A program made the position numbers and the translations under genes. The notes below the pieces were generated by a model. That model made no database searches, was not told the origin of the DNA, and worked only from the letters and a program-made list of their open reading frames with translations. From Minutocellus sp. GHC0000111 (lineage: Eukaryota), in the NCBI GenBank assembly GCA_977018835.1, contig OZ361256.1:7130001-7194000 (forward strand): 64,000 nucleotides of DNA. The letters run 5' to 3'. This document shows, in pieces, positions 21,663-31,276 of the stretch. Every line of letters begins with the position of its first letter. The stretch's first letter is position 1.

Positions 21663-22800
21663 ATGCCAGCTCAAGACGACCTTGCCCCCCTCGCCGCCGT
21701 TCTGGACCAGATCCAGGCCCGCCTGTCCGCCATTGAAGGCAAGGTGGGCATCGACGGACCTCCTCCTCCGGCCGCAGCCGCGGTAGCTCCAGGTGCGTTG
21801 CATGACTTTGATTGGTGTTGAATTTTCTGCCGTGGTGTGTTCGTTGATACTCCCAATTTATTTGACTGTTGGTTGCTTCGGGGCTTCGGTCACCGAACAC
21901 AAATAAATCCTCATGCGATACTAGTACATGTAATCTCACTTTGCAACGCACTCTTTATTTGACTGTTTGTTGCTTTGTTCACTTAACGCAAATAAATCAT
22001 GCGATAATCTCACTTTACAACACATCTTTGTGTTTCATCATTTATTCGTGTCGGCTACGGCTACACATGGCTCCGACCCTCATCTTGCCTCCCTCCCGGC
22101 AGCCGCCGCTGCCGCTGCCGATGACGACGAGGTCCATCCCGCCGTTGCCGCCTACGACGAGCACGTCGCCCGCGCCGTCATCCCTTTCGCCGACGCCTGC
22201 GATGCCCTTGGCGGCCTCGGCGATACCGGGGCCAACATCAAGGCGACGTGGGCCGGCGTCCGATCCGTCATTGTCATTGGAACCAAGTGCAAGAAACCGT
22301 CCGACGTCCCCGCCGCCCTGACGCCTCATCTCAAGCCCACCCAGGATGCCATCGGCAAGATCCGCACGGCCCGCCTGGACCGCACCTACGACTGGCACAT
22401 CAAGGCCATCATGGAAATGCTCCAATCGGTGTCGTGGGTGGTAATGAGCGCTCCACCGGCCCCCACCAGTTTCGTCAAGGAGACGGTTGGTTCCGCTGAC
22501 TTTTGGGCCAACAAGATCAGGAAGGAGTACAAGGGGAAGGACGAGAAGCAGATTGAGTTCTGCGACAAGCTCAAGGCCCTGATCCTGGACCTGGCGGCTT
22601 ACTTGAAGGAGCATCATCTGTCGGGTCTGAGCTGGAATCCTCGTGGAGTGGAATTGACCGATGCGGTCGTTGCCGATGTTGCTGCTCCTGCCAAGGCTGC
22701 CCCAGCTTCTGCCCCAGCTCCTGCTGCCGGTGGTGGTGGAAGCGGAATGGCTAACATCATGTGGCTTGTGACTTGGTCGCCTGCATGCAACTTAACTTGA
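21663..22800 (+). pseudogene. CAP: Adenylyl cyclase-associated protein (CAP/Srv2), N-terminal half only; exons 21663-21792, 22103-22800
   Basis: N-terminal coiled coil (LDQIQARLSAIE) and helical folded domain (WV..PAPTSFVKE..SADFWANKIRKEYK..W/F..L.AYLKEHHLSGLSWNPRG). Phase-1 GT..CAG intron 21793-22102. Breaks off at the WH2 start (GMANIM); no CARP domain seen. Confidence 0.8.
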
Positions 22801-22997
22801 CTTGACTGGATGGGCTGGCCTTCAGCGTTTCAAGTTGTGCTGCTTCAGATCCGGGACTTACCGAATGAATCGAATCATAATGAATCAGCTGTTTCCGGGT
22901 TCTGAGTTATGACGAAATGAAAGAGAAGATTGGAAAAAAGATACGCCCTGCTGCTTTTGGAAGATGGAGCAGCTTTCAGACAGGAAAAGAAAACCCA

Positions 22998-23714
22998 ATG
23001 GATGGCGAATCTGTACCATTCCCACTAAGGAGTCTCCCCGAGGGTGCAATACTTCTCATTTTCTCCTTTAGTTCCGACAAGGAACTCGCTACGGTCCTTT
23101 CCAAAACGTGCAAATCCATTCATCTGCTGGGAACTACTTTTGATGAGGCCATGTGGAAGTTCCGATGTGATCGACTATGGAAGGATAAGGACAAGGCCAT
23201 TGTGCGTGAAATGTGTAAAAGAGCTCCGATGAAGACATATCGCGGCAAATATTTGCATACGTTGCGAGATTCACGCCGAACTAGTCTAAGGGAAGACGAA
23301 CTTTGCAACTATCGATGGGCCTTTCGCTTCAAAGAGAGCGCGGGCGAATTTTGGCCATCGATGGATCCGTATTGGTCATCCCACCGAAAGAAATGCATGG
23401 AAAGATGTTTTCAATCAAGGGATGTTGGACTGCCTATCATCTACAATCCTGGTAAACCTGATCCTCTAGATGTGTTCAAGGAGGAGAACAACATGACGAT
23501 CAAGTGGAGACTAACGAAATCTCGACGTGGCTCAGATGGAGTGATTCGACGAGGCACATTCTTGAAACTCAACAATTGGCCGTCGAGCGGCATTGAACGC
23601 GGTCACAACTGGTGCTGGATCATACAGAATCAGTGGGCAGCATATGTGTTCCCTTCTTCCAATCTCGCAGATCTTCATGAGTATTTGGAAGGAGATGTTG
23701 ATAGGTGGCTCTAA
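22998..23714 (+). CDS. F-box-like protein
   Basis: LRSLPEGAILLIFSF..ELATVLSKTCKSI..DEAMWKFRCDRLW matches the F-box pattern. Confidence 0.6.
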   Translation: MDGESVPFPLRSLPEGAILLIFSFSSDKELATVLSKTCKSIHLLGTTFDEAMWKFRCDRLWKDKDKAIVREMCKRAPMKTYRGKYLHTLRDSRRTSLREDELCNYRWAFRFKESAGEFWPSMDPYWSSHRKKCMERCFQSRDVGLPIIYNPGKPDPLDVFKEENNMTIKWRLTKSRRGSDGVIRRGTFLKLNNWPSSGIERGHNWCWIIQNQWAAYVFPSSNLADLHEYLEGDVDRWL

Positions 23715-23788
23715 AAATTGATGGCCAACTTGGCTTTATACATAAAAAAACAATAACGATTGAAATGTATATTCGAAGGTGCACCTAT

Positions 23789-24750
23789 TCACAGTCCCGA
23801 CTGCTGCAGTGCATGATTTACTTTCATTTCGGCAACCTGCTCCTGAAGATCTTCCGAGGCCTTCGCAGTTCTTTCGTAGAGAAACTTCAGATCATCGGTA
23901 TATCCCTTGAAGGCTTGGCGGCTCACTACCTCTCTCGCCACTGCCATTTCGACGTCGTTCTTGAGCTCTGTATTCTTGGCACTTTGTGCAACCCGAAATG
24001 CCTCCAAGCCGTGGTAAGAGCGTCAATTCTTTCCATTGCCATCTTTTCGAAAGCGTCGTGCTTCGCTTCAAGATCTCGTATCTTTTTCAACAAGGCTCGA
24101 TCTTTCTTCTCACCGAGCTCGATGCGCGCCTCATCTTGTTTCAGCTGAACTTCCAGCGCCCCAACCTTTTTCCCATATTGTTTCTGCTCTTCTTCCCACT
24201 CGATCACCACCTTCCAATCGTCGGTACTACGCTGCAACATTTTCTTGATTGGACCAGAAACTCCCCAAGATGCAAAGTCAGAACGAATCGTACTCTTATC
24301 AATTGTAGATTTGTCGTCAATCAAAAGGTCAAGTCCCTCGGGGTAAGCTCGAATCAGTGTGCCAACAGCATTGTAGGATCCCTTGTTTTTGACGCAGAGG
24401 ACCAACGGCAGACGATTGTCCTTCTGCGATCGCTCCCTGACGGCATGAGGATATATATTGATGAGTCCACGTACTACGTCCTCGGGGGCTTGGTTTCGAC
24501 AGGCCAAGTGGAGGGGCAAGTCCAATTCGTAGTATGTTTTCGCCATTACAACAACCGCATCGCGGTCCTCATTCGATGATGCTACATCGGTTCGGACCGC
24601 ATCCCAATCCTTTTGTTTGCAATGTAGCAACAGGATTGGCGGGTGCGGCACTTGACCATCAACAGAAGCCTCATCTGCTTTCCCCTTCCCATGCGCCCCT
24701 GGGGTCAGTGCTGTGAAAGTGCTGATGAACTTGTTCTGGCCCGTCATCAT
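23789..24750 (-). CDS. Ankyrin-like repeat / coiled-coil protein (frameshift near 24006)
   Basis: LPLHLACRNQAPEDVVRGLINIYP and LPLVLCVKNKGSYNAVGTLIRAYPEG are diatom-type ankyrin-like repeats. The coiled-coil tail continues in ORF 23789-24007 if one T is restored. Confidence 0.65.
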
Positions 24751-25084
24751 GCATTTGTCAAATTGACGCAATAAACAAGAAGCAATAGCTGCAGTGATAG
24801 AATATTGAACAGAGCGACGGATATGAAAGCGCGCGCCGCACTGATGGCAAGGGATCCGTATCTCTTGAGGATGGGCGACATGCGATGAGCGGATGATGAT
24901 ATTTCGGCATGACGTTGTTCCGAATGTGGCGCAACCGCTTCAAGATCCATCCATGCTTCATGCTTCGACGACCAAGGGTCAAGGGTCCAAGGGTACGGGT
25001 GCATCTGCTTGCCTCTGTTATTGCCGCCGCTCCTCCCCAGCGCACCGCAGCAATACGCCGTGAAAGCCGCGCATCTCTCAAAAC

Positions 25085-25109
25085 ACCATACCATACCATA
25101 CCATACCAT
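25085..25109. repeat. (CCATA)n microsatellite abutting a start codon
   Basis: ccataccataccataccataccATG. Confidence 0.9.
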
Positions 25110-27153
25110 GGACCCCAGGAAGCTCGGTAAAAAGAAGGGCGGTAGCAGTGCCAGCAGCGGGGAGCACCTCACAAGCGTAGGCGACGTGATCGAAGCGCTG
25201 TCCCAGAATGATGTTCTCTGCGGCCGAGGTTCGGGTCCCAACGACCACCCTGGCAACGTAGCATTCCGACAGCTCATCCTCTCCCGGAAGGCGGAATATC
25301 TGTCTACGTCGGCACGAGCCGAGAAAGCGAAAATTGCCTCCGAGATTGTTGCTCACGTCCAAAAGGAGCTGGATCCGTCGGGGAGATTCCTGAAGAAGAT
25401 GGGGCCGGCCGAGCTTCGCGAGAAGGGCTTCCAGGAAGGGCAGGATGTTTGGGTAGTCGTCGACCAGGACACTGCGCTGGAAAAGGCCAAGCAGGCCCTT
25501 CGACAGAATCGGGATAAGCCGCTGGTAGAGGAGGAATTGAAGAAGAAACAGGCCGAACGGCACGAAGAGTACGCCAAGTTGACCGAGCAGGCAACTGCCA
25601 GCCTCAAGAGCAATAGCGCCGAGACTGCCACGACGGCCAGGACGGGCGGTTCTACAGGGCGCAAAAGTGTAGCCAGCGTAGCCAGTAGTCTTAGCAGTGG
25701 AGTTGGAGGGCAGGCAAAGAGGATGGAAGATCCCAATATGACCAGCAGCGGCAGCCCCCATCAACATCAAATGGATCCTTATGCTGCTTCAGTTGGTGAT
25801 CCCTTGGCCCCTTATCCGTTTGACTACGCCGACACTGCAGCGGAGCATCTCGGAGCAGAAAGTGCGCATCCTGGGGCACCAGTTCATCCTGGGGCTACGC
25901 CCTATCCTACCTACGGGAACCCGATGCCTCCCTCTGACGATGCCTACAATAGTGGACAGTATGCTTATCACCCTCAGTACGGCCAGCAGCCTGCGCCGCC
26001 TCCTCCTCCTCCTCCTCCACAGCACCAACAACATCAATATCCTCAGCAGATAGGGGGTAGGGCCGGAAGAGGCAATGGTGACGTTACCCAGTCGCTAAGA
26101 GTATCTGACCTTGTGAACGACTTTCATCGGCTGGGCCCTGGAGACGGTGAAGCTGGAGGGGAGCAGAAGACAGGAGGACCAGTAGCGCGAGAACAGTTTC
26201 CGTACGCATTTGGAGAAGCCGGCCAAGGGAGTTCGAACGTGACCATGAACAGTGTCTTTTCTGCAGTGTCAGAATCCGATATTATTGCGGCAAACATCGA
26301 CCCAATTCCTGTAGGAGGGAGCGAACCCGCAATTCACGGAGAGGTCCCTGGACCGATGAGCTCAGGGACTATAGATTTGGTTCAACAGCTGACCCAGAGC
26401 AGCGGTGAGGGTCCAGATGGTGCGAATAACACAAACGAACAACAGCAGAATAGCCGACAGCAATCCTTTCAACAACAGCAATATCAGCGCCATCCTGGTC
26501 ACCAACCTGATAGGCACTCCTACGTTCAACAATATTACTATCGTTCGAGCATGGCCCAGCAGCAGCAGTCCAGCATGCGTGGCTCCCTCCGCAACCCTGC
26601 GGTTTTTGGATCAAATAGGTCCGACATGAGATCCGACATGACCATGTCCATGTCTTTGACGGAACTGATGAAGGAACCATCTGGCCGTAACATTGCGGCC
26701 TACCGACAATCCGTAGCTGCCGGTGACAAGGGTATGCAGGGGATCGCTGAAGGCGAAGCTGATGATGAAGGATCGGACAATGACGAAGACGGAGGTGCAT
26801 CAGGCGAGCCAATGTCGGGGGCCAGTGCGGCGGCCGGTAGTCGATCAGGTAGTAGTAGTGACAAAATGTCTGGAATGTCGAGTGGAAGTGGAATGGCGGC
26901 AAGCTTGGCTTCGAACAGTGACAATAAGCCACAAGCATTGGCAGTAGCACCCCGTCCTGTGGAACTGATTCAGGAGGAGCCCGACAATCTAGCATTCGGC
27001 GCGTCCTCATCGTCAATGATCAAAGCCGTGTTTGATAACAGCTCTGGCTCTAACTTTAGCAACCTAAGCAAAATGAGCGGAATATTTATGAGTGGAGACG
27101 ACGAATTGAAACCTGCAGCAGCTTCAGATTCGGAAGGTAAAGCTAACACATAG
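25108..27153 (+). CDS. DUF6824-domain protein (putative transcription regulator)
   Basis: NDVLCGRG..HPGNVAFRQLI..EKAKIASEIV..GRFLK..W..ALEKAKQALR, followed by a long disordered Q/S/P-rich tail. Confidence 0.85.
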   Translation: MDPRKLGKKKGGSSASSGEHLTSVGDVIEALSQNDVLCGRGSGPNDHPGNVAFRQLILSRKAEYLSTSARAEKAKIASEIVAHVQKELDPSGRFLKKMGPAELREKGFQEGQDVWVVVDQDTALEKAKQALRQNRDKPLVEEELKKKQAERHEEYAKLTEQATASLKSNSAETATTARTGGSTGRKSVASVASSLSSGVGGQAKRMEDPNMTSSGSPHQHQMDPYAASVGDPLAPYPFDYADTAAEHLGAESAHPGAPVHPGATPYPTYGNPMPPSDDAYNSGQYAYHPQYGQQPAPPPPPPPPQHQQHQYPQQIGGRAGRGNGDVTQSLRVSDLVNDFHRLGPGDGEAGGEQKTGGPVAREQFPYAFGEAGQGSSNVTMNSVFSAVSESDIIAANIDPIPVGGSEPAIHGEVPGPMSSGTIDLVQQLTQSSGEGPDGANNTNEQQQNSRQQSFQQQQYQRHPGHQPDRHSYVQQYYYRSSMAQQQQSSMRGSLRNPAVFGSNRSDMRSDMTMSMSLTELMKEPSGRNIAAYRQSVAAGDKGMQGIAEGEADDEGSDNDEDGGASGEPMSGASAAAGSRSGSSSDKMSGMSSGSGMAASLASNSDNKPQALAVAPRPVELIQEEPDNLAFGASSSSMIKAVFDNSSGSNFSNLSKMSGIFMSGDDELKPAAASDSEGKANT

Positions 27154-27378
27154 TGGCTACGGGCAAGAGGACGCGGAAAAACTGTCAAGTTTCAAGTGGT
27201 TGGGTATTTTCACACCATATAATACAGCACAATGCAGCTACCTTTTTAAGCAAGTAACTTTTACACGTGAATGAGTACATACTGAACGAAAAGGTCCTAC
27301 TAGTACATAGTACTACGGTATATTCTTTCAGAAATTGTTTCTCAACTAATCTTTTACAACTGGAATGTATTTAGGTGC

Positions 27379-28626
27379 TTATGCATCCTTCCCCTTGTAT
27401 CGCTTGCACTCGTCAACAAGCCATCCAACGGCCTCCTCGGGGGTTCCTTGCATAACGCCGTGTCCCAAATTAAGCAAGTGCTTGCCAGGACCACCGGCCT
27501 TGTCGATGCAATCGCGTACGGCTTGCTCGATCTGCTCCTTGGAGCCGAAGAGGACTGTTGGGTCAAGATTACCGCTGATGGGAACGTCATCCCCCAACGT
27601 CTTTCGTGCAGTTTCCATATCGACGGCCCAATCCACAGCAATCATATCAGCACCCATATCTTTCTGGAGCTCCAGGTAGGAAGATCCACCATTGGCAAAG
27701 TAAATGACGGGCACATCGGGATGAGCCTCCTTCATAATTTTGATGGCCTTCTGAGCCGCGGGCTTGGCAAACTTCTCAAAGCCAGCGGGAATGAGCTGAT
27801 GAGCCCAGGATTCGAATACCTGGATGACCTGCGCGCCGCATTCAATCTGATGGATGCCATAGTTGCCAATCATGGTGGCAAGCTTGTCAAGGAACTGAGA
27901 CATGGCTTTCGAATCACCAGTCTCGTCGGCCATCATCATCTTCTTGGTGGTAAGGCATGCCTTTGAGGACTTGCTCTCGATGGTATAGGCGGCGAGGGTG
28001 AAGGGTGCACCGACGAAGCCAATCAGGGATGTATTGGCGTCCTCGGCCTCCTTGGACAGGCGGCCCAAAATCTCCCTGATGAACGGAAGCTTGTCATCAA
28101 AGTTGATGTTCTCAGCGTCGCCAAGATTGGCAACATCCTCCTCGGTTAGGACCTCAGTGGAAATCACAGGCCCAGTTCCCTTGATGACGTCAAAGTCAAT
28201 TCCCAGCGTGGGCAGCGGCGTCAAAATGTCGGAGAACATGATAATTCCATCCATGCCGTATGCTCGATGGCACTGCAAGCTCAGCTCGACGGCAAAGTCA
28301 GGAGTTTCCGATCGTTGACGGAAGGGGTACTTGTTGGAATATTCCCGGAAGGCGGCCATGTAACGGCCGGCCTGTCGCATCAGCCAGACGGGGGTGCGCT
28401 CGACCTCCTCGCCACGAGCGGCACGGACGAGGATGTCGCGATCTCCTGGATTGGACGACTTGGCGGCAGAGGATGCAGTGGTCTCATCGGCGACGGCCGA
28501 CATGTGCAAAGCCGACGCATGTGTTGCCATCTTTTGCGACACGCCCAGAGAGGCTGACGATGCCGAGAAGGCATTCGACGAAGTAGCCGAGAGGGCCAGT
28601 ACGAGATAGCTGAATGCAAGCTTCAT
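27379..28626 (-). CDS. hemE: Uroporphyrinogen decarboxylase, plastid-targeted
   Basis: PVWLMRQAGRY, FSDIL, LIGFVGAPFTLAAY, GNLDP, NLGHG. Bipartite presequence (..SSNAFSA..). Confidence 0.97.
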   Translation of the reverse strand: MKLAFSYLVLALSATSSNAFSASSASLGVSQKMATHASALHMSAVADETTASSAAKSSNPGDRDILVRAARGEEVERTPVWLMRQAGRYMAAFREYSNKYPFRQRSETPDFAVELSLQCHRAYGMDGIIMFSDILTPLPTLGIDFDVIKGTGPVISTEVLTEEDVANLGDAENINFDDKLPFIREILGRLSKEAEDANTSLIGFVGAPFTLAAYTIESKSSKACLTTKKMMMADETGDSKAMSQFLDKLATMIGNYGIHQIECGAQVIQVFESWAHQLIPAGFEKFAKPAAQKAIKIMKEAHPDVPVIYFANGGSSYLELQKDMGADMIAVDWAVDMETARKTLGDDVPISGNLDPTVLFGSKEQIEQAVRDCIDKAGGPGKHLLNLGHGVMQGTPEEAVGWLVDECKRYKGKDA

Positions 28627-29059
28627 TGTTCTTTTCGGTTGAGATTTGCTGGGATGGACTGCTGCAATGCAACTGCTGCTTTGGTTGATTTGCGATCTGG
28701 TCGGCCATGGGCCAAGTTGAAGTTCGTCACTCAAAAATTAGTGCCCTTTCCATTCTTTAGTGTCTTAGTTTATATTTTAATCGAGCGAGTCGATTCAGAA
28801 AGCCGAGATGGCATCGTCAATTTTTCCATCACTGTATTGATGACCACACTAGACTATATAGGTAAAGTTGAGATCTTTACACACAATATTTTCACGAGAT
28901 AAGGTAAGAACCTCTATGATCTACATAGACTCTAGGAATTCCTACCGGTGGTACCGGTCGTCAGCGACAAGGGAGAACCTCCTGGTGGTGGTGTGGGGAT
29001 TTCTCCTCTTCAAAGATACTACACATGCAACATCATGATTCCTCCTCGCTCTTTTTACA

Positions 29060-29640
29060 TCAAACCAGATCCAAATTTCCCAACCCTTGACGAAGAAGCG
29101 TTGGTTCACCTGTCAGATCATAAATCGTAGAACCTTCGACAGGTCTCTCTCCCCCGTCCACAACAAAATCAACTTGTTGACACCAGCTTGAACCAAAATC
29201 GATCCGGCACGACTGCAATTGAGCGACGCCGATAATACCATCACCTTCCCCATCTTCTTCTTCTTCTTCACCGAGATCATCAAAAGATTCATTGGGAACG
29301 GAAGAGACCAGCAAAGGAGTTCCACCTAGCTCCTCTTGTACGTATCTCAGGACTGGATCGTCAGGCATACGCACACCCAGAGACTTTCGCGCCCAAGAAT
29401 GCTTACCACCCTTACTATCAAGGAACATCATCTTTGGCAGTTGAGAGGAAGCAGGAAGAATAATGGTGTACGGCCCAGGAAAGGCAGATTTGAGGATTTT
29501 AAACGTCTGCCGATCGATGCCGTAGCAGTATTGGTCGATGGTGGCCAAATCATTGCAAATCATACTGAGCGGCTTCTTGCAACCGAGATATCCCTTCATT
29601 TTAAGAATGCGCTCTAAGCCCGCCTTACTATCAATACATT
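29060..29640 (-). pseudogene. Sua5/YwlC/YrdC (YciO-like) protein, C-terminal part only
   Basis: ERILKMK..KPLSMIC, FPGPYTIIL, RKSLGVRMPD, LLVSSV, VVDGG, STIYDL, LLRQGLG. The N-terminal PTDTxY segment is not found upstream. Confidence 0.7.
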
Positions 29641-30073
29641 GGAAGTAGAGAAACTGTTTTATGCCGTTGCCGAATCTTGTGGGTGAGCAATGGTGCGGTG
29701 CTGCTGATCCGCACGAATGCCAACACCGAAGATACGTTTGCAATTAAAACGGCAAAGATCAGAATCAAATCCAAAGGGCAAAACGATACATGGGATATTC
29801 CCCCTCTCGAAGGAGTGTTTCTTTTTGTGCCCATTCTTCTTTCCTGCCTTCTTGCTTGGGACGGAGATGCCAATGTTCTTTGGCGCCTTTTTTTGTTTTG
29901 CAATATCTTGCATGTTTTGGTCTGTCCTTCGCCACCAACGACGTACGTACGCGTGCTCGTACACAGAACGGTAAGGGCGCCACGCGCGCATCATGGCAGC
30001 TGATGTGAGGCCCTCTTCTCCTCTATCTACGTACGTAGCTACGTAGAGAATTGTTTCGAATCAATTACAATTC

Positions 30074-30226
30074 GATGCAGGCAACACACCCGCTTGTTGC
30101 CGCAGCTGTTTTGCCACACGATGCAGGATGCAGGCAACACACCCGCTTGTTGCCGCAGCTGTTTTGCCACACGATGCAGGATGCAGGCAACACACCCGCT
30201 TGTTGCCGCAGCTGTTTTGCCACACG
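30074..30226. repeat. 53-bp tandem repeat (~2.9 copies) spanning a start codon
   Basis: gatgcaggcaacacacccgcttgttgccgcagctgttttgccacacgatgcag, with ATGs at 30075, 30128 and 30181. Confidence 0.95.
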
Positions 30227-31113
30227 GTGATTTCGTCTACGACCCATCACTCCTCAAATCTGATGATGAAGCGCGAACAAAGGCCAAGAAGTTGCGATCT
30301 GCTGCGCAAGAGACGGCTTTAGAATTGCGCAATTTCGACCTTGACACCCTAATAATCATCACTCCACATGGCTTGTCTGCGGAAGAGGACACGGTCGTAT
30401 ATTTAGGGAAATGCGCGAGTGGATTTGCAGAAATCGGGAGAGACGTCACAGATGGAAGAGCCAAACCATACATTGTTCCGTGCAAAGATGTGAGGCTAGA
30501 TGATGGACCGAGCAAGGCACTATGGGAGGATCTTCACAATCAAGGATGTGCAATCACAGGTCTCACCTCTTTTGGGGGATACGAAGATGTTCCTCTTCGA
30601 TATGGTGAAATCATACCAATATCTTTCCTTCGACACTCCCTGAACAAAGAAGAAAGAAACCGAGACGGCTCCAAGAAGAAAGATCCATCGTGCATCATTA
30701 TATCACTGCCAAATCGAAGGTACGAGCATGGATCTGAAATGGTAGGGGAAATGGTCGAGTTTGGTTCTAAATTATATGAATCGTTAGGACGTATATTTGC
30801 AAAAAAGCGAGTGGGAGTTCTTGTGAGCGCCGACTTGGCTCATACGCACGCCGAAGACGGACCCTATGGATTCTCTCCAGCAGCAGATCCTTTTGATACT
30901 GCTTGCGGCGAATGGGCAAAGCATTTGGACGAAAAGGCATTACTTCATGATGCAAGAGAATTGCTGGACGATGCCAAGAGTTGCGGGTACCTCGGCCTTG
31001 TCATTTTGCACGGGCTGTTGAATCAAGAGAGGGATTCATGGGAATGCCAAGTACGAGAAATTTCTCACCCAACATATTATGGGATGATGGTGTCCAGTTT
31101 CATTCGCAGATGA
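30181..31113 (+). CDS. LigB/MEMO-like (class III extradiol dioxygenase fold) protein
   Basis: AAVLPHG, IIITPHG, LRYGEIIPI, VSADLAHTH..GPYGF, TYYGM. Confidence 0.75.
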   Translation: MQATHPLVAAAVLPHGDFVYDPSLLKSDDEARTKAKKLRSAAQETALELRNFDLDTLIIITPHGLSAEEDTVVYLGKCASGFAEIGRDVTDGRAKPYIVPCKDVRLDDGPSKALWEDLHNQGCAITGLTSFGGYEDVPLRYGEIIPISFLRHSLNKEERNRDGSKKKDPSCIIISLPNRRYEHGSEMVGEMVEFGSKLYESLGRIFAKKRVGVLVSADLAHTHAEDGPYGFSPAADPFDTACGEWAKHLDEKALLHDARELLDDAKSCGYLGLVILHGLLNQERDSWECQVREISHPTYYGMMVSSFIRR

Positions 31114-31276
31114 TTCTAAATAGCTACGAGGCTCGTACGAGCTAGTCTAGGCAAAGGAGCAAGATAATACTGTGCTCTGTTGCTTAACAATTTTTAAAGA
31201 CATATATAATCATAAGAATTCCTCGGTGTTACGAATGTAAGGCCGAGAAGCCAATTGTTGTTGTTGCGCCCCCGTT

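Noticed and set aside
30074..30226. CRISPR-like array
   Set aside because: Head-to-tail identical units with no unique spacers, overlapping a eukaryotic start codon; no cas genes.
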